A stretch of DNA of 64,000 bases from Phyllobates terribilis. Its lineage: Eukaryota. How positions within the stretch are numbered: the stretch's first letter is position 1; each line of letters opens with the position of its first letter. Below are positions 37,560-50,133 of this stretch, one piece after another. Location of the stretch: positions 131,254,001 to 131,318,000 of the forward strand of contig NW_027362772.1 in NCBI RefSeq assembly GCF_046119375.1, given 5' to 3'. The notes under the pieces are model-generated. The model was not told where the DNA came from. It saw only the letters and a program-made list of their open reading frames with translations, and did not search any database. The position numbers and the translations under genes are program-made.

Positions 37560-40500
37560 GCAGGAGTGTTTCTTTCTGGGAGTGCTACTCTACAGGGAGA
37601 TTTGATTGAATTTCAGGTATTTGTGAATTGTGGTTCAACACTTAATGTGATTGATAAAGAGTTTTTGGAAAACCTTAAATTGAAATCCAAACCTTTGTCA
37701 TCACCTATTTCTGTGATTGCAACCCTAACACTCCCTTGAAATGTATTACTCACAAGACTGCTGCATTTCCCCTCACTGTCAATGGAGTTCACCAAGAAAT
37801 TTTGGACTTGGTTGTTTTGGACAATTTACCCTTTCCGGTCGTTCTAGGATTGCCTTGGTTAAAACTGCACAATCCTTTATTGGACTGGTCTACTAATGTG
37901 ATTAAGTTTTGGAGTCCGAAGTGCTATGATAAATGTTGTAATGGTCGCATTGCGGCTGTGGAAAAATGTGAATTACCGGTACCTATTCAAGATTTTTGGA
38001 GGTTTTTTTTCGGAGGAGGAGTCGCAAGTTTTACCTCCTCATATGGATTATGATTGCGCCATTGAGTTTGTTCCGGGTGCTACTCTTCCCAAAAGTCGCT
38101 TGTTTAATCTGACTATCCCTGAAAGAAAGGCCTTGGAGGAGTACATACAGACTAGCCTGGCTGCTGGTCACATTAGACCTTCTAAGTCGCCTGTGGCAGT
38201 TGGATTCTTCTTTGTTAAAAAAAAGGACGGCGGTTTACGTCCATGTCTGGATTTTCGTGAAATTAATAAGATTACCGTACGCAATTCCTACCCATTGCCG
38301 TTAATTCCTGACTTTTTAACCAGTTAGTGGGAGCCAAGTGGTTCTCCAAAATTAATCTCCGGGGGGCATACAATTTGTTACGTGTGAAGGAGGGTGATGA
38401 ATGGAAAACTGCTTTTAACACTCCGTTAGGTCATTTTGAGAATCTGGTGATGCCTTTTGGTCTTACCAATGCACCTGCATTTTTTCAGAACATTATTAAT
38501 GACATCCTGAGACCTTTGATTGGTAAGAATGTGGCTGTGTATTTGGATGACATTTTGATTTATTCACCAGATCTAGAGTCCCATTGGCAGAGTGTACGTG
38601 AAGTTTTGCCGTTATTGAGTGATAATTCACTCTTTGCTAAGCTGGAGAAATGTGAGTTTGCTGTGCAGAAAATTAGTTTTTTGGGCTACATTGTCTCCAG
38701 CGAGGGCTTTGAGATGGACCCTGTGAAGGTTCAGGCTGTGCAGGAATGGCCTAAGCCCATTGGTTTGAAATCTATACAGAGATTTTTGGGTTGTGCCAAT
38801 TATTACAGGAAATTCATTAAGAATTTTTCTAGAATTGTTAAACCTCTAACCGATCTCACCAGGAAAGGTGCGAATACGGCCCAGTGGACTACTGAGGCCA
38901 TTGAAGCGCTGAGTATCTCAAATAGAGGTTCAGTCCTGCCCCTATCCTTATGCAGCCTGATGAGACCAAGCCTTTTTTGGTTGAGGTCGATGCTTCATCA
39001 GTGGGGGTCGGAGCAGTTTTGTCTCAGGAGAACAAGGGTGGAGTACATCCTTGTGCCTTCATTTCGAAAATTTTTTCGCTAACCGAACTGAATTATGATG
39101 TTGGAAATCAGGAGTTGCTGGCTATTAAACTTGCGTTTGAACATTGGCATCATTTTTTGGAAGGCGCTAGATTTCCTATTCAGGTTTTCACAGATCATAA
39201 GAATTTGATCTATCTGGATGCTGCCAAGCGCTTGAATGCCCGTCAAGCTAGGTGGGCACTTTTTTTTTTTCTCGGTTTCATTTTTCTGTTACCTATATCC
39301 CTGGTACTAAGAATGTTAAAGCCGATGCTTTATCTCGCAGCTTCTCTCCTACGGTCGGTGCCGAGGAGGAGGAGAGCATTGTACCGAAAGGAATTGTGGT
39401 GGCAGCTTTGGACTCCGTTTTGGAGAATGGGATTCTGAATGGTCAAGATGATGCTCCATCTAACACTCCCCATGGGAGGTTGTTCGTGCCTAGAGCCTTT
39501 AGGAGAGATTTGATTGTGGAGTGTCATGAGTCTCGGTTGGCAGGTCATCTAGGAGTTTCGGAGACTAAGAGACTTATCAGTCGCAATTTTTGGTGGCCTG
39601 GATGGCAGAAGGAAGTCATCAAGTGGGTGCATCAGTGTACTGTGTGTGCAAGGTGAAAGGCTTCACATACTCCTGCTGCGGGATTGCTTTGTCCTCTGGA
39701 GGTTCCTAGTGCGCCTTGGACGCATCTCACTATGGATTTTATTACTGATCTTCCTGTGTCCGAGGGTTTTACTGTCATCTGGGTGGTCGTGGACCGTTTT
39801 AGTAAGATGTGTCATTTGGTTCCATTCATTAAGTTGCCCTGCGCCAAGACACTCGCTAAGGCGTTTGTTAAGGAGATTGTCAAGCTCCATGGCGTTCCCA
39901 CGGATATTGTGTCTGATAGAGGACCTCAGTTTGTGGCTCGCTTTTGGCGTGCTTTTTGTGACAGGTTGGGAGTCTATTTGTCATTTTCGTCTGGTTATCA
40001 TCCTGAGTCGAATGGACAGACTAAAAGAAAGAACCAGGATGTTGAACAGTTTTTGCGTTGTTTTGAGGCGGACAATCAAGAGGTGTGGTCTGAGTTTCTG
40101 CCTCTCGCAGAATTTGCTCTTAACAATCATACATCCTCCTCAGCTGGGTGTTCTCCTTTTTTTTGTTGTACTGGGAGACATCCGTCTTTTGGTTCGTTCT
40201 CCAAATTGGGGTCGGCGGTGCCGGAGGAGGAGAATTTTTCCGGTGATTTAGAGAGAGTTTGGACTAATGTACATTGCAACCTTCAAGAGGCTAACAAGAA
40301 ATCCAAGAAGTATTTTGACAGGAAACGTAAAGAGGTTTTGTTTACTGTGGGTGACATGGTTTGGTTGTCCTCGAAGAACCTGCTGTTGAGGATTCCCTCT
40401 AAAAAACTGGGTCTTAAGTTTGTGGGTCCATTTAAAGTGCTTCAGGTTGTTAACCTGTCTGCTGTTAGGTTGGATTTCCCTACTTCCTGGAAGATTAATC

Positions 40501-40780
40501 CTGTGTTTCATGTTTCCTTGTTGAAAAAGGCTGACGTATCTGATAGGGACGCCACAGTCACAGTTCCTCCTGTGGTGGAAGACGGCGAATTTGAAATTTT
40601 GCGTATCTTGAATTCTAGATGGCATAGAGGGAGATTACAGTATCATGTCTCCTAGAAGGGTTTCAGTCCCGAAGGCAACTCCTGGGTAAGGACGGATGAT
40701 GTCTCTGTTCCTAGGCTTGTTAAAGCTTTCCACAGGAGGTTTCCGGATAGGCCTGGGCCTGGAGGATCCGGAGAATCCTC
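37560..40780 (+). pseudogene. Gypsy B pol (protease, RT, RNase H, integrase, chromodomain), multiply frameshifted
   Basis: [55 protein letters not shown] and FEILRIL...QYHVS*KGF. Confidence 0.92.
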
Positions 40781-42655
40781 ATAAAAGAGGGGGTACTGTT
40801 AGAACCCTCCTGTTAGTTTTTTCTATCTTGTGTTTTGTGGTCACGTGACCATCTGCTTTTATATTCCAGCTCCGCCCTTATGGCTGTGCTGGATTTCAGT
40901 GTTGTTTGAGTGTTTTGCTAGCCTGGTGCTTCGGTGCTTATCTCTGTCAGTTCGCTTGGTCCTCTGGGACCTCTAGTACTTTTTTCAGTTTGTCTTTTTG
41001 TGTTCTGCAACAACTTCTGTGTAGGAGGTGTCCCATTTTTGTTTCAGTCCTTAGTTCTTTTAGGGACCCCTCCCTTAATTCTATAGGTCTTCGTTGAGAC
41101 TAGCCGAGGACTAAGGCGGGTCTGTTCACTAGGAACAGGCAGCCCACTACATCGTAGGGATTCAGCTTAGTCTTACTGTAGGGACAGCTTTCCCCTATCT
41201 TTCCTTAGTACATGTTGCAGATCATAACAGATTCGAGGAATGTGAGAGTGTTAGAAGGGAGGTCACAGAGCAGGAGGTTGCAGTCGTCGAGAAGGAAGTT
41301 GATGAGGGCATGCACTAGTGTTTTTGTAGATTCTTGTTTGAGGAATGTGCGGATCAGAGAGATTTTTTTTATTTGGAGTCAGCATCTTCCTCACCCTGAT
41401 CCTCCTTTCACCCACCATTCCGAGTGCCCTGAGACAACTGATCCCACACTTGGACACTCCAAAGAGATGTTTTGTTCATCTTTCCATTTATAGATTCTGG
41501 CCTCTCGCTCGGTTCGCTCATAAGTGTAAAGAGCTTGGATATGTGGTTAGAAGGAGAGATTAGATTCAAGAGTTACCCCAAGAGCTGTTCACTTTTCCAT
41601 TGATAGATTTGGGCCTTTCGACCAGTCAGCTTCGAGCAGGGCTACAGAAGATCGCATGTAGTGATCTGAGCAGCCATGGTCAGCCGAAGTTGATGGTGGG
41701 AAAGTGCAATTACTGTCGCAAGAGGTGGATAATGATGACACACAATGGACAGAAAGTCAGGAGGAGGACCAGGGTGTGGAAGTGGAAGATGAAGCGGTGG
41801 ATGATGAAGTCACTGACCCAACCTGGCAAGGGGACATGCAGAGCGAGGACAGAAGCACACAGGGGGGAAGGCATAGCACCACAACAGGCAGGAACAAGCA
41901 GTGTGGTGGCCACAGACAAAAGGCGGGCAACTGCTCCCCAGAACACCAACAGGACGGAAGTTGCCAGTACAACTGTTAGGTCTTTTTGATTCTTTTTTAA
42001 AGACTGTTCAGATAACCCCAAAAAGGCCATTTGCAATATCTGCCAGGCCAGCATCAGCAAGAGCATCAAAACTACCAGCCTGACCACCACCAGCATGCTC
42101 AGGCACGAGACAGCAAAGCACCCAATTAGTTGAGCCGAACACCAAAGTCCAGAAACGGTGTCTGCGGGTGACATCACTGCCTCTTCCGCTGTTGTGTGTG
42201 CACGCTAATCCCCTGTCCATGGTGCATGCGAAGATGCCTCTATCACCGTCCACGTCCTTGTTCCTTCACAGCGTTCAGTTGTCCCTACCACAGTCCTTGG
42301 AATGCAAGCGCAAGTATGCAGCCAACCATCCACCCACCCACAGGCCGCAATACTAAACTGTCACATTTCTGGACTGCTTGCTTGCACTTGAAATGTTGCC
42401 TCTTAGGCTTGTGGAGGTGGAAGCTTTCCACAAGCTCATGGCGGCTGCGGCCAGGTGTCCATACTCGGTCCCCAGACGCTACTCTTTCTCCCTGTATCGT
42501 CTCCACCTTCCACAAGCGCGGGTCCCAGAACATTACCCTGCCCTCCTTAGTGCACTTAAGTGGGAAGGACCCTGGCTGCTGTATTCAGAAGGGACTGGAG
42601 AGGAGACAGTTTGCTTAGAAGGAGACCAATTAGAAGAGTGTTGCAGTAGTGAATA

Positions 42656-44218
42656 CACTATGTGCCGAATTATTACGCAAATGAGTATTTTGATCACATG
42701 ATACTTTTTATACATGTTGTCCTACTCCAAGCTGCATAGGCTTGAGAGCCAGCTACCAATTAAGTAAATCTGGTGATGTGCAACTCTGTAATGAGGAGGG
42801 GTATTGACTAATGACATCAACACCCTATATAAGGTGTGCTTAATTATTAGGCAACTTCCTTTCCTTTGGCAAAATGGGTCAGAAGAGAGATTTGACGGGC
42901 TCAGAAAAGTCCAAAATTGTGAGATGTCTTGCAGAGGGATGCACCAGTCTTGAAATTTGCAAACTTTTGAAGCGTGATCACCGAACAATCAAGCGTTTCA
43001 TGGCAAATAGCCAACAGGGTCGCAAGAAGCGTGTTGGCCAAAAAAGGCGCAAAATAACTGTCCATGAATTGAGGAAAATCAAGCGTGAAGCTGCCAAGAT
43101 GCCATTCGCCACCAGTTTTGCCATATTTCAGAGCTGCAGCATTACTGGAGTATCAAAAAGCACAAGGTGTGCGATACTCAGGGACATGGCCAAGTTAAGG
43201 AACGCTGAAAAACGATAACCTTTGAACAAGAAACATAAGATAAAACGTCAAGAATGGGCCAAGAAATATCTTAAGACTGATTTTTCAAAGGTTTTATGGA
43301 CTGATGAAATGAGAGTGACTCTTGATGGGCCAGATGGATGGGCCAGAGGCTGGATCAGTAAAGGGCACAGAGCTCCACTGCGACTCAGACGCCAGCAAGG
43401 TGGAGGTGGGGTACTGGTATGGGCTGGAATCATCAAAGATGAACTTGTGGGACCTTTTCGGGTACAGGATGGAGTGAAGCTCAACTCCCAGACGTACTAC
43501 CAGTTTCTGGAAGACAATTTCTTCAAGCAGTGGTACAGGAAGAAGTCGGTATCGTTAAAGAAAAACATGATTTTCATGCAGGACAATGCTTCATGACATG
43601 CATCCAACTACTCCACAGCTTGGCTGGCCAGTAAAGGTCTAAAAGAAGAAAAAATAATGACATGGCCCCCTTGTTCACCTGATCTGAACCCCATAGAGAA
43701 CCTGTGGTCCATCATAAAATGTGTGATCTACAGGGAGGGAAAACAGTACACCTCTCGGAACAGTGTCTGGGAGGCTGTGGTGGCTGCTGCACGCAATGTT
43801 GATCAAAAACAGATCAAGCAACTGACAGAATCTATGGATGGAAGGCTGTTGAGTGTCATCATAAAGAAAGGTGGCTATATTGATCACTAATTATTTGGGT
43901 TTTTGTTTTTGCATGTCAGAAATGTTTATTTCTAAATTTTGTGCACTGATATTGATTTACCTCGTGAAAATAAACAAGTGAGATGGGATTATATTTGGTT
44001 TTTATTAAGTTGCCTAATAATTCGGGACAGTAATAGTTACCTGCACAAACAGATATCCTCCTAAGATAGCCAAATCTAAAAAAAAAAACACTCCAACTTC
44101 CAAAAATATTAAGTTTGGATATTTATGAGTCTTTTGGGTTGATTGAGAACATAGTTGTTGATCAATAATAAAAATAATCCTCTAAAATACAACTTGCCTA
44201 ATAATTCTGCACACAGTG
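42656..44218 (+). mobile_element. Tc1-family DD37E (TRT-type) transposon
   Basis: TA flanks and short (~27 bp) TIRs CACT(A/G)TGTGC.GAATTATTA.GCAA. D-x37-E spacing. Confidence 0.93.
42874..43890 (+). pseudogene. DD37E transposase with two in-frame stops and no frameshift
   Basis: ORFs 42874-43218, 43222-43596 and 43657-43890 share one frame. Motifs WTDE, QDNA and SPDLNPIE are present. Confidence 0.92.
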
Positions 44219-47200
44219 TAAGAGCGACAGTAAGACTTTTTGCAGTATCAAAGGTGAGAAAAGGTCCTATTCTGGAGATGTTTTTAAGGTGCAGGTGACA
44301 TTAGCGAGTGAATGATTTTCCATGTTGAATAAATTAAAGTTGTGTGTCAAATATTACTCCAAGGACAGCAGGCGTGCTGAGTGGGAGTTATGGTGGCACA
44401 ACCTAACGGAAATTGCAAAGTCAGGTATAGGTAGGTTAGGAGAGGGAGGAAAAGGATGGAGTTCATTTTTTGAGATATCAAGTTCAGGCTCTTGTTTAAG
44501 AATTATAACAAAAAAAAAATTCCCATCTGACAATGCTGGTGGCAGAGGTCACAATCAGACAGTTCATTGGACAACCAAGGAGTACGAGTGAGGGAGACAG
44601 AAACCAGATACGGCAGAGGCAGGAGAACGCTGTCAAAGGTCTGGGACAGTTTTCTCAGACCCTCCCAGTGCCCAGGCCCTGATACACGGGGTACTCTGAC
44701 AAGGAGGGAAACGTTTGGGAAGATGCTGAAGGACTACCTTGGCAACCTTACCAGCGTCCTCCATGATTCCTCTCTGTCTGTGTGCCTTACAACTGTTGGG
44801 TATCCAAGCTGTACACGTGGCATACCTATACTAACTATAAACATGCAAATCTCTCCCTGACGCAGCAGCACCTCTCCCTACTTGGCCTGTTTCCGGGGTA
44901 GACTGTGACGAGCATAGCAGCAGCAGGTCTTATATAGACCTGATGATGCTGTCCGGCCAGCCAATCACTGTAATGCCCACAACCAACATGGCTACGGCAT
45001 TACAGTGCGTGGCTAGCAATCCCTGCATGTTCATTGGCTCTCTAAAGAGCGCCAAACATGCAGGACGGGGACCCAAGCTCCCACCCAAGCAACCCGGAAA
45101 TACTCGCCAAGCTCCGAGCTTGTCGAGCACCGTGATGCCTAAGAAACAGGCATTCCTCACATGTATTAAAGCTGTCAAACAGTCGCAAATCATGAGCAAG
45201 GAGTGACTAAAACATAACACCAAGCATCGCTGAAGATACTCGGAAAACACCCGATCATGCTCGCTCATCACTAAATATAACTATTCCTCGTCACAAGGGA
45301 CCATCAGGGAATCTGATTGAAAAATTCAGTCTTGTATTTGGTTAATCAGATGAGCAGTCACATACAAATAATGGGTGTACAAAAGTGTCTAATTATATAA
45401 AAGTGAGCAATATTACAATCAATGTCATCACAGCATTGGAATAATGCACACAGTGGTGTTATGATAAAGTACGTAGTAATTCAAATGGTAAATTATACAG
45501 ATATAATGCATTAAAAGTTATTCATAACTTAATATGAACAAGTAACTACAGCAATAATCGAAAGGTTCATGTTAAGATGTTACATGCGTAGTATTTTCCA
45601 TAATTACATTTTATTGGTAATATGTGGGGTGGGTCGCCTGTGGATCACTTTCTATTTCTTTGCCATGCAGGTCTGAAATGGTAAGGTCACTCCTCATTTG
45701 CTGATTAATCTGCTCCGGAGAGTGAGTCTGATTCATTTCACCCATTGTAAAGCATAAGTATTTCTTCTCTTATTTTCTAAATAGCCATTCCACTTATTTT
45801 ACCCATCCCCTTACTTACACGCAGACACCGAGAGCTGGGAACATTGTTGGCGCTACATTAGAAAGATACACCCTGCCCTAAGGAGGTTGTGTCAGTTGTG
45901 GAATAAAGGTGTATCCAGTTTAACTCGACTTGTTATACAGCTAAGCCTTTTCTAGGTATGACACAAATATGTACCATATTGATGTCGCCATTTCTATAAC
46001 TGCAATTAAATAGATCCATTTGCTTGATGGATGCCAAAAATGTTACACCTATTAGGATAATAGGATTGCTTGCCATTTTAATTTGTAAGCTGAAACTAGA
46101 AATGGTTTTGATAGCCACCTCATTAGTCTCTGATGTTATTGTATGTCAATGTTAATCTGGATCTTCTACCCACTCACACTTTCTTCTTCGGATGAGAATG
46201 GGTAACAAGAACATAACTACACTTAATGGGGGTCATGTATCAATAGAGTTATTTCTAAGACACTATAATTATTGTAGTGACGCTGGATAAAATGACAGCG
46301 TCTGGTACAATTTCTAGCAAACATTCAATGTTGTTTGGGTTCATTTTGTGTGTTTTTTTTCCTGGTGTTGTATCAGATGATTGCTATGAGTCAACAGGAA
46401 ATTAAGACGTTCTTAACTCAAATTGAGGCAGATCTATCAAAGTATTTATGCCATTTAATAGTGTGAATACACTGCAAAACATATCACTTCAGCCACATGC
46501 CACTTCTTCCTACGCATACATATGTGTGGTTTCAGAGTGGTAGTGAGCATGACTCATTCACTTGAGATTTCAACACTAGAAGTGTACTGGATCACAATGC
46601 CAAGGGTGACCTGGTGTTGTTTTATTTATGACTTAATGAATTTATCAGCAAGGTGTTCCCTGGTAATGAAGCTGGCACACGATGCCCTAAACTATGACAT
46701 TATAGTTTCTTCCAAAGTAAAGCTGTCATCATAGTAAAAGGGAGGTACTTTGAGGAATCTAAGGTTTAATACATATTTTGGTTTGTTTCTCTACTCCTTG
46801 TTTCTATTTGAGTTCCTTTGTGGTTTTGCTGCCCTCAGTTTGAATTTACAATATGCACATTCAAACAAGAACAACGAATACCACTGCATGAACAGGTGTG
46901 TCCAAACTTTTGACTGCTACCGTTACTGATATATTAAATACTGGTACTTTTAAAAAGCAAGCACTGTAACGCAGTATACATATTCAATTCTCAGCATAAA
47001 TTAGTACACCCCATTTGAAGAGTAAGATTTTAATCAATATCTCACTCAACACAAGAACAATTTCCAATATTTTGTTTTAACCCATAACACGAAAGTAAGG
47101 CTAATAGTATATTTCTCATTACTTAATCTTTGAATCTTGAAATGTCTGAGTTTTGCTCAAATTAGATGATGCAAAAATGAGAACACCCTACATAAAAAAC

Positions 47201-47485
47201 TACATTTAGTATTTTGTATGACCTCCATGATTTTTAAAGAAATTACCAACTGCTCTTAAGCATAGGATGCAAGTTGGCGACTTATTGCAACATCTATCTT
47301 TTTCCATTACTCAAGAACAACCTCTTTTAGAGCCTGGATGTTGGATGGAGAGTGATGACCACTTGTCTCTTCAGAATTATACAATAATATATTATAGTAT
47401 ATTTTTATCCTGTAGAAAATCTTGATTCTGAAAGGAAACTATAGGTTTTCTGACAAGTCTGTTGGAGTGTACACATTTGTGCTGA

Positions 47486-47486
47486 G

Positions 47487-47527
<41 letters not shown>
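47486..47527. repeat. (TA)n microsatellite
   Basis: About 20 TA units. Shorter TA/TG runs also occur at 3100-3160 and 63160-63200. Confidence 0.9.
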
Positions 47528-47532
<5 letters not shown>

Positions 47533-48243
47533 TTTTAATATCCTATGTTTTGCATTCATTTTGTACAATGCAGGTTTTATCATAAATTACAAGTGGAGCT
47601 GCTGAGGAATAGACACCATGGCTTTTATTTTTTCCTTAAATTCATCAAAAAAAAATCTTGCTTTGTTCTGAAATCCAATAATGCTGTGCCAGAAGAAAGG
47701 CAGGCCTGCTCGATCAGTGCTTAGAGTTCTTACAATCTTTTGTTGTGGAGGCAGCAGGGGCCCGGCTTTCATCGTCAATGCGTAAAATTTAACACCCTCC
47801 CCTCAACATGCTTACTTACTCACTTTGTTTTTGTTCATCAAATTAATTATTTATGTATTGATTTGTCTTTGAAGAAAGCTTGAAGAGAGATAAACTCTGA
47901 CAAAGAGAAGATAGTCTTTGAGTTTATTTGCTTAACAAGTTTGTAAGGCACATTTCTTTTTGCATAGACATAAAGTATCTGTAGTCACACATATGTTATT
48001 ATACATTGACACGTGTGTGCAAGTAAACAGAAATTAACAAAAAGTCCATGTTTCGATGAATTTAACATTTAGTGGCACATGGTTTGTATTATAAAGGTTA
48101 AATAATTTAGAATTACCCTTTTTTTTGCTGCTTTAGTATTACACCAGGTTCATACAGCACAGATTGGTACTGTTTAAAAGGATTTTGTAAGATTAGCTTT
48201 CCTTTAAAGGGAATCTGTCAGTAGGATCAACTATCATCATCTA

Positions 48244-49873
48244 CAGTACAGACCAAAAGTTTGGACACACCTTCTCATTTAAAGATTTTTCTGTATTTTC
48301 ATGACTATGAAAATTGTACATTCACACTGAAGGCATCAAAACTATGAATTAACACATGTGGCATTATATACTTAACAAAAAAGTGTGAAACAACTGAAAA
48401 TATGTCTTATATTCTAGGTTCTTCAAAGTAGCCACCTTTAGCTTTGATGACTGCTTTGCACACTCTTGGCATTCTCTTGATGACCTTCAAGAGGTAGTCA
48501 CCGGAAATGGTCTTCCAACAATCTTGAAGGAGTTCCCAGAGATGCTTAGCACTTGTTGGCCCTTTTGCCTTCACTCTGTGGTCCAGCTCACCCCAAACCA
48601 TCTCGATTGGGTTCAGGTCTGGTGACTGTGGAGGCCAGGTCATCTGGCGTAGCACCCCATCACTCTCCTTCTTGGTCAAATAGCCCTTACACAGCCTGGA
48701 GGTGTGTTTGGGGTCATTGTCCTGTTGAAAAATAAATGATGGTCCAACTAAACGCAAACCGGATGGAATAGCATGCCGCTGTAAGATGCTGTGGTAGCCA
48801 TGCTGGTTCAGTATGCCTTCAATTTTGAATAAATCCCCAACAGTGTCACCAGCAAAGCACCCCCACACCATCACACCTCCTCGTCCATGCTTCACGGTGG
48901 GAACCAGGCATGTAGAGTCCATCCGTTCACCTTTTCTGCATCGCGCAAAGACATGGTGGTTGGAAACAAAGATCTCAAATTTGGACTCATCAGACCAAAG
49001 CACAGATTTCCACTGGTCTAATGTCCATTCCTTGTGTTCTTTAGCCCAAACAAGTCTCTTCTGCTTGTTGCCTGTCCTTAGCAGTGGTTTCCTAGCAGCT
49101 ATTTTACCATGAAGGCCTGCTGCACAAAGTCTCCTCTTAACAGTTGTTGTAGAGATGTGTCTGCTGCTAGAACTCTGTGTGGCATTGACCTGGTCTCTAA
49201 TCTGAGCTGCTGTTAACCTGCAATTTCTGAGGCTGGTGACTAGGATAAACTTATCCTCAGAAGCAGAGGTGACTCTTCGTCTTCCTTTCCTGGGGCGGTC
49301 CTCATGTGAGCCAGTTTCTTTGTAGCACTTGATGGTTTTTGCAACTGCACTTGGAGACACTTTCAAAGTTTTCCCAATTTTTTGCACTGACTGACCTTCA
49401 TTTCTTAAAGTAATGATGGCCACTCGTTTTTCTTTACTTAGAATTTGTATTATGGCAAGAAAAAAGCAGCTAACAGTCTATTCAGTAGGACTATCAGCTG
49501 TGTATCCACCAGACTTCTGCACAACACAACTGATGGTCCCAACCCCATTTATAAGGCAAGAAATCCCACTTATTAAACCTGACAGGGCACACCTGTGAAG
49601 TGAAAACCATTTCCGGTGACTACCTCTTGAAGCTCATCAAGAGAATGCCAAGAGTGTGCAAAGCAGTCATCAAAGCAAAAGGCGACTACTTTGAAGAACC
49701 TAGAATATAAGACATATTTTCAGTTGTTTCACACTTTTTTGTTAAGTATATAATTCCACATGTGTTAATTCATAGTTTTGATGCCTTCAGTGTGAATGTA
49801 CAATTTTCATAGTCATGAAAATATAGAAAAATCTTTAAATGAGAAGGTGTGTCCAAACTTTTGGTCTGTACTG
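48244..49873 (-). mobile_element. Tc1-family transposon, DD38E, copy 3
   Basis: TA flanks and intact 267-bp TIRs, 1630 bp in total. Confidence 0.96.
48407..49423 (-). CDS. DD38E transposase, open frame of 338 codons but native ATG lost by micro-inversion
   Basis: HTH region, GRRR (GRPR-like) linker, WSDESKFE, QQDNDPKH and SPDLNPIE with 38 residues between D and E. The listed start is a GTG. Confidence 0.85.
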   Translation of the reverse strand: MAIITLRNEGQSVQKIGKTLKVSPSAVAKTIKCYKETGSHEDRPRKGRRRVTSASEDKFILVTSLRNCRLTAAQIRDQVNATQSSSSRHISTTTVKRRLCAAGLHGKIAARKPLLRTGNKQKRLVWAKEHKEWTLDQWKSVLWSDESKFEIFVSNHHVFARCRKGERMDSTCLVPTVKHGRGGVMVWGCFAGDTVGDLFKIEGILNQHGYHSILQRHAIPSGLRLVGPSFIFQQDNDPKHTSRLCKGYLTKKESDGVLRQMTWPPQSPDLNPIEMVWGELDHRVKAKGPTSAKHLWELLQDCWKTISGDYLLKVIKRMPRVCKAVIKAKGGYFEEPRI

Positions 49874-50133
49874 TATATAGACATGTATGTCATATAAAGT
49901 TGAAAAAATGATACCATGATATCTGCGACTTGATGTTTTATTACAGAGAAATCAACTTTTTCTTAATATGTAAATAAAGGGGTAAGGTCTATCAGCCGGA
50001 CACTGAGCTGCATAAGATTCTGGCAGAGCTTATGTTAATTGAAAAGGGTAGTTGCCAGTCTAAGACATGTAATGACTGACAGTCTGTTCTCCTGATCTCA
50101 CTGCAGAGCTGTGTGTGATTAAAATTAACACAT

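Larger units (their letters stand above)
36238..41229 (+). mobile_element. Full-length Gypsy chromovirus LTR retrotransposon B
   Basis: TSD GATTC (36233-36237 and 41230-41234). LTRs at 36238-36671 and 40797-41229 (TGTTAG...TAACA). PPT AAAAGAGGGGGTAC precedes the 3' LTR. Confidence 0.96.
35615..41375 (-). mobile_element. L2 3' fragment split by Gypsy B
   Basis: (ATT)n tail at ~35616-35628. L2-like sequence continues across TSD GATTC at 41230. Confidence 0.75.
42540..44610 (-). mobile_element. L2 internal fragment split by the DD37E Tc1
   Basis: Purine-rich L2-like sequence at 42540-42655 continues at 44221-~44610 across the TA target. Confidence 0.5.
34565..45273 (+). mobile_element. Heavily deleted hAT element hosting L2, Gypsy and Tc1 insertions
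   Basis: Termini TAGTGATGAGC / GCTCATCACTA. BED finger CNIC...RHETAKHP at ~42035-42125, LLALEMLPLRLVE at ~42380, and a dimerisation-domain-like PYN.WVSKL at ~44785. The 8-bp flanks do not match cleanly, so the two ends could belong to different copies. Confidence 0.7.

Noticed and set aside
47576-47620. In-frame TGA in ...YKWSC*GIDT read as selenocysteine
   Set aside because: The context matches no selenoprotein motif I know, and no SECIS is evident.
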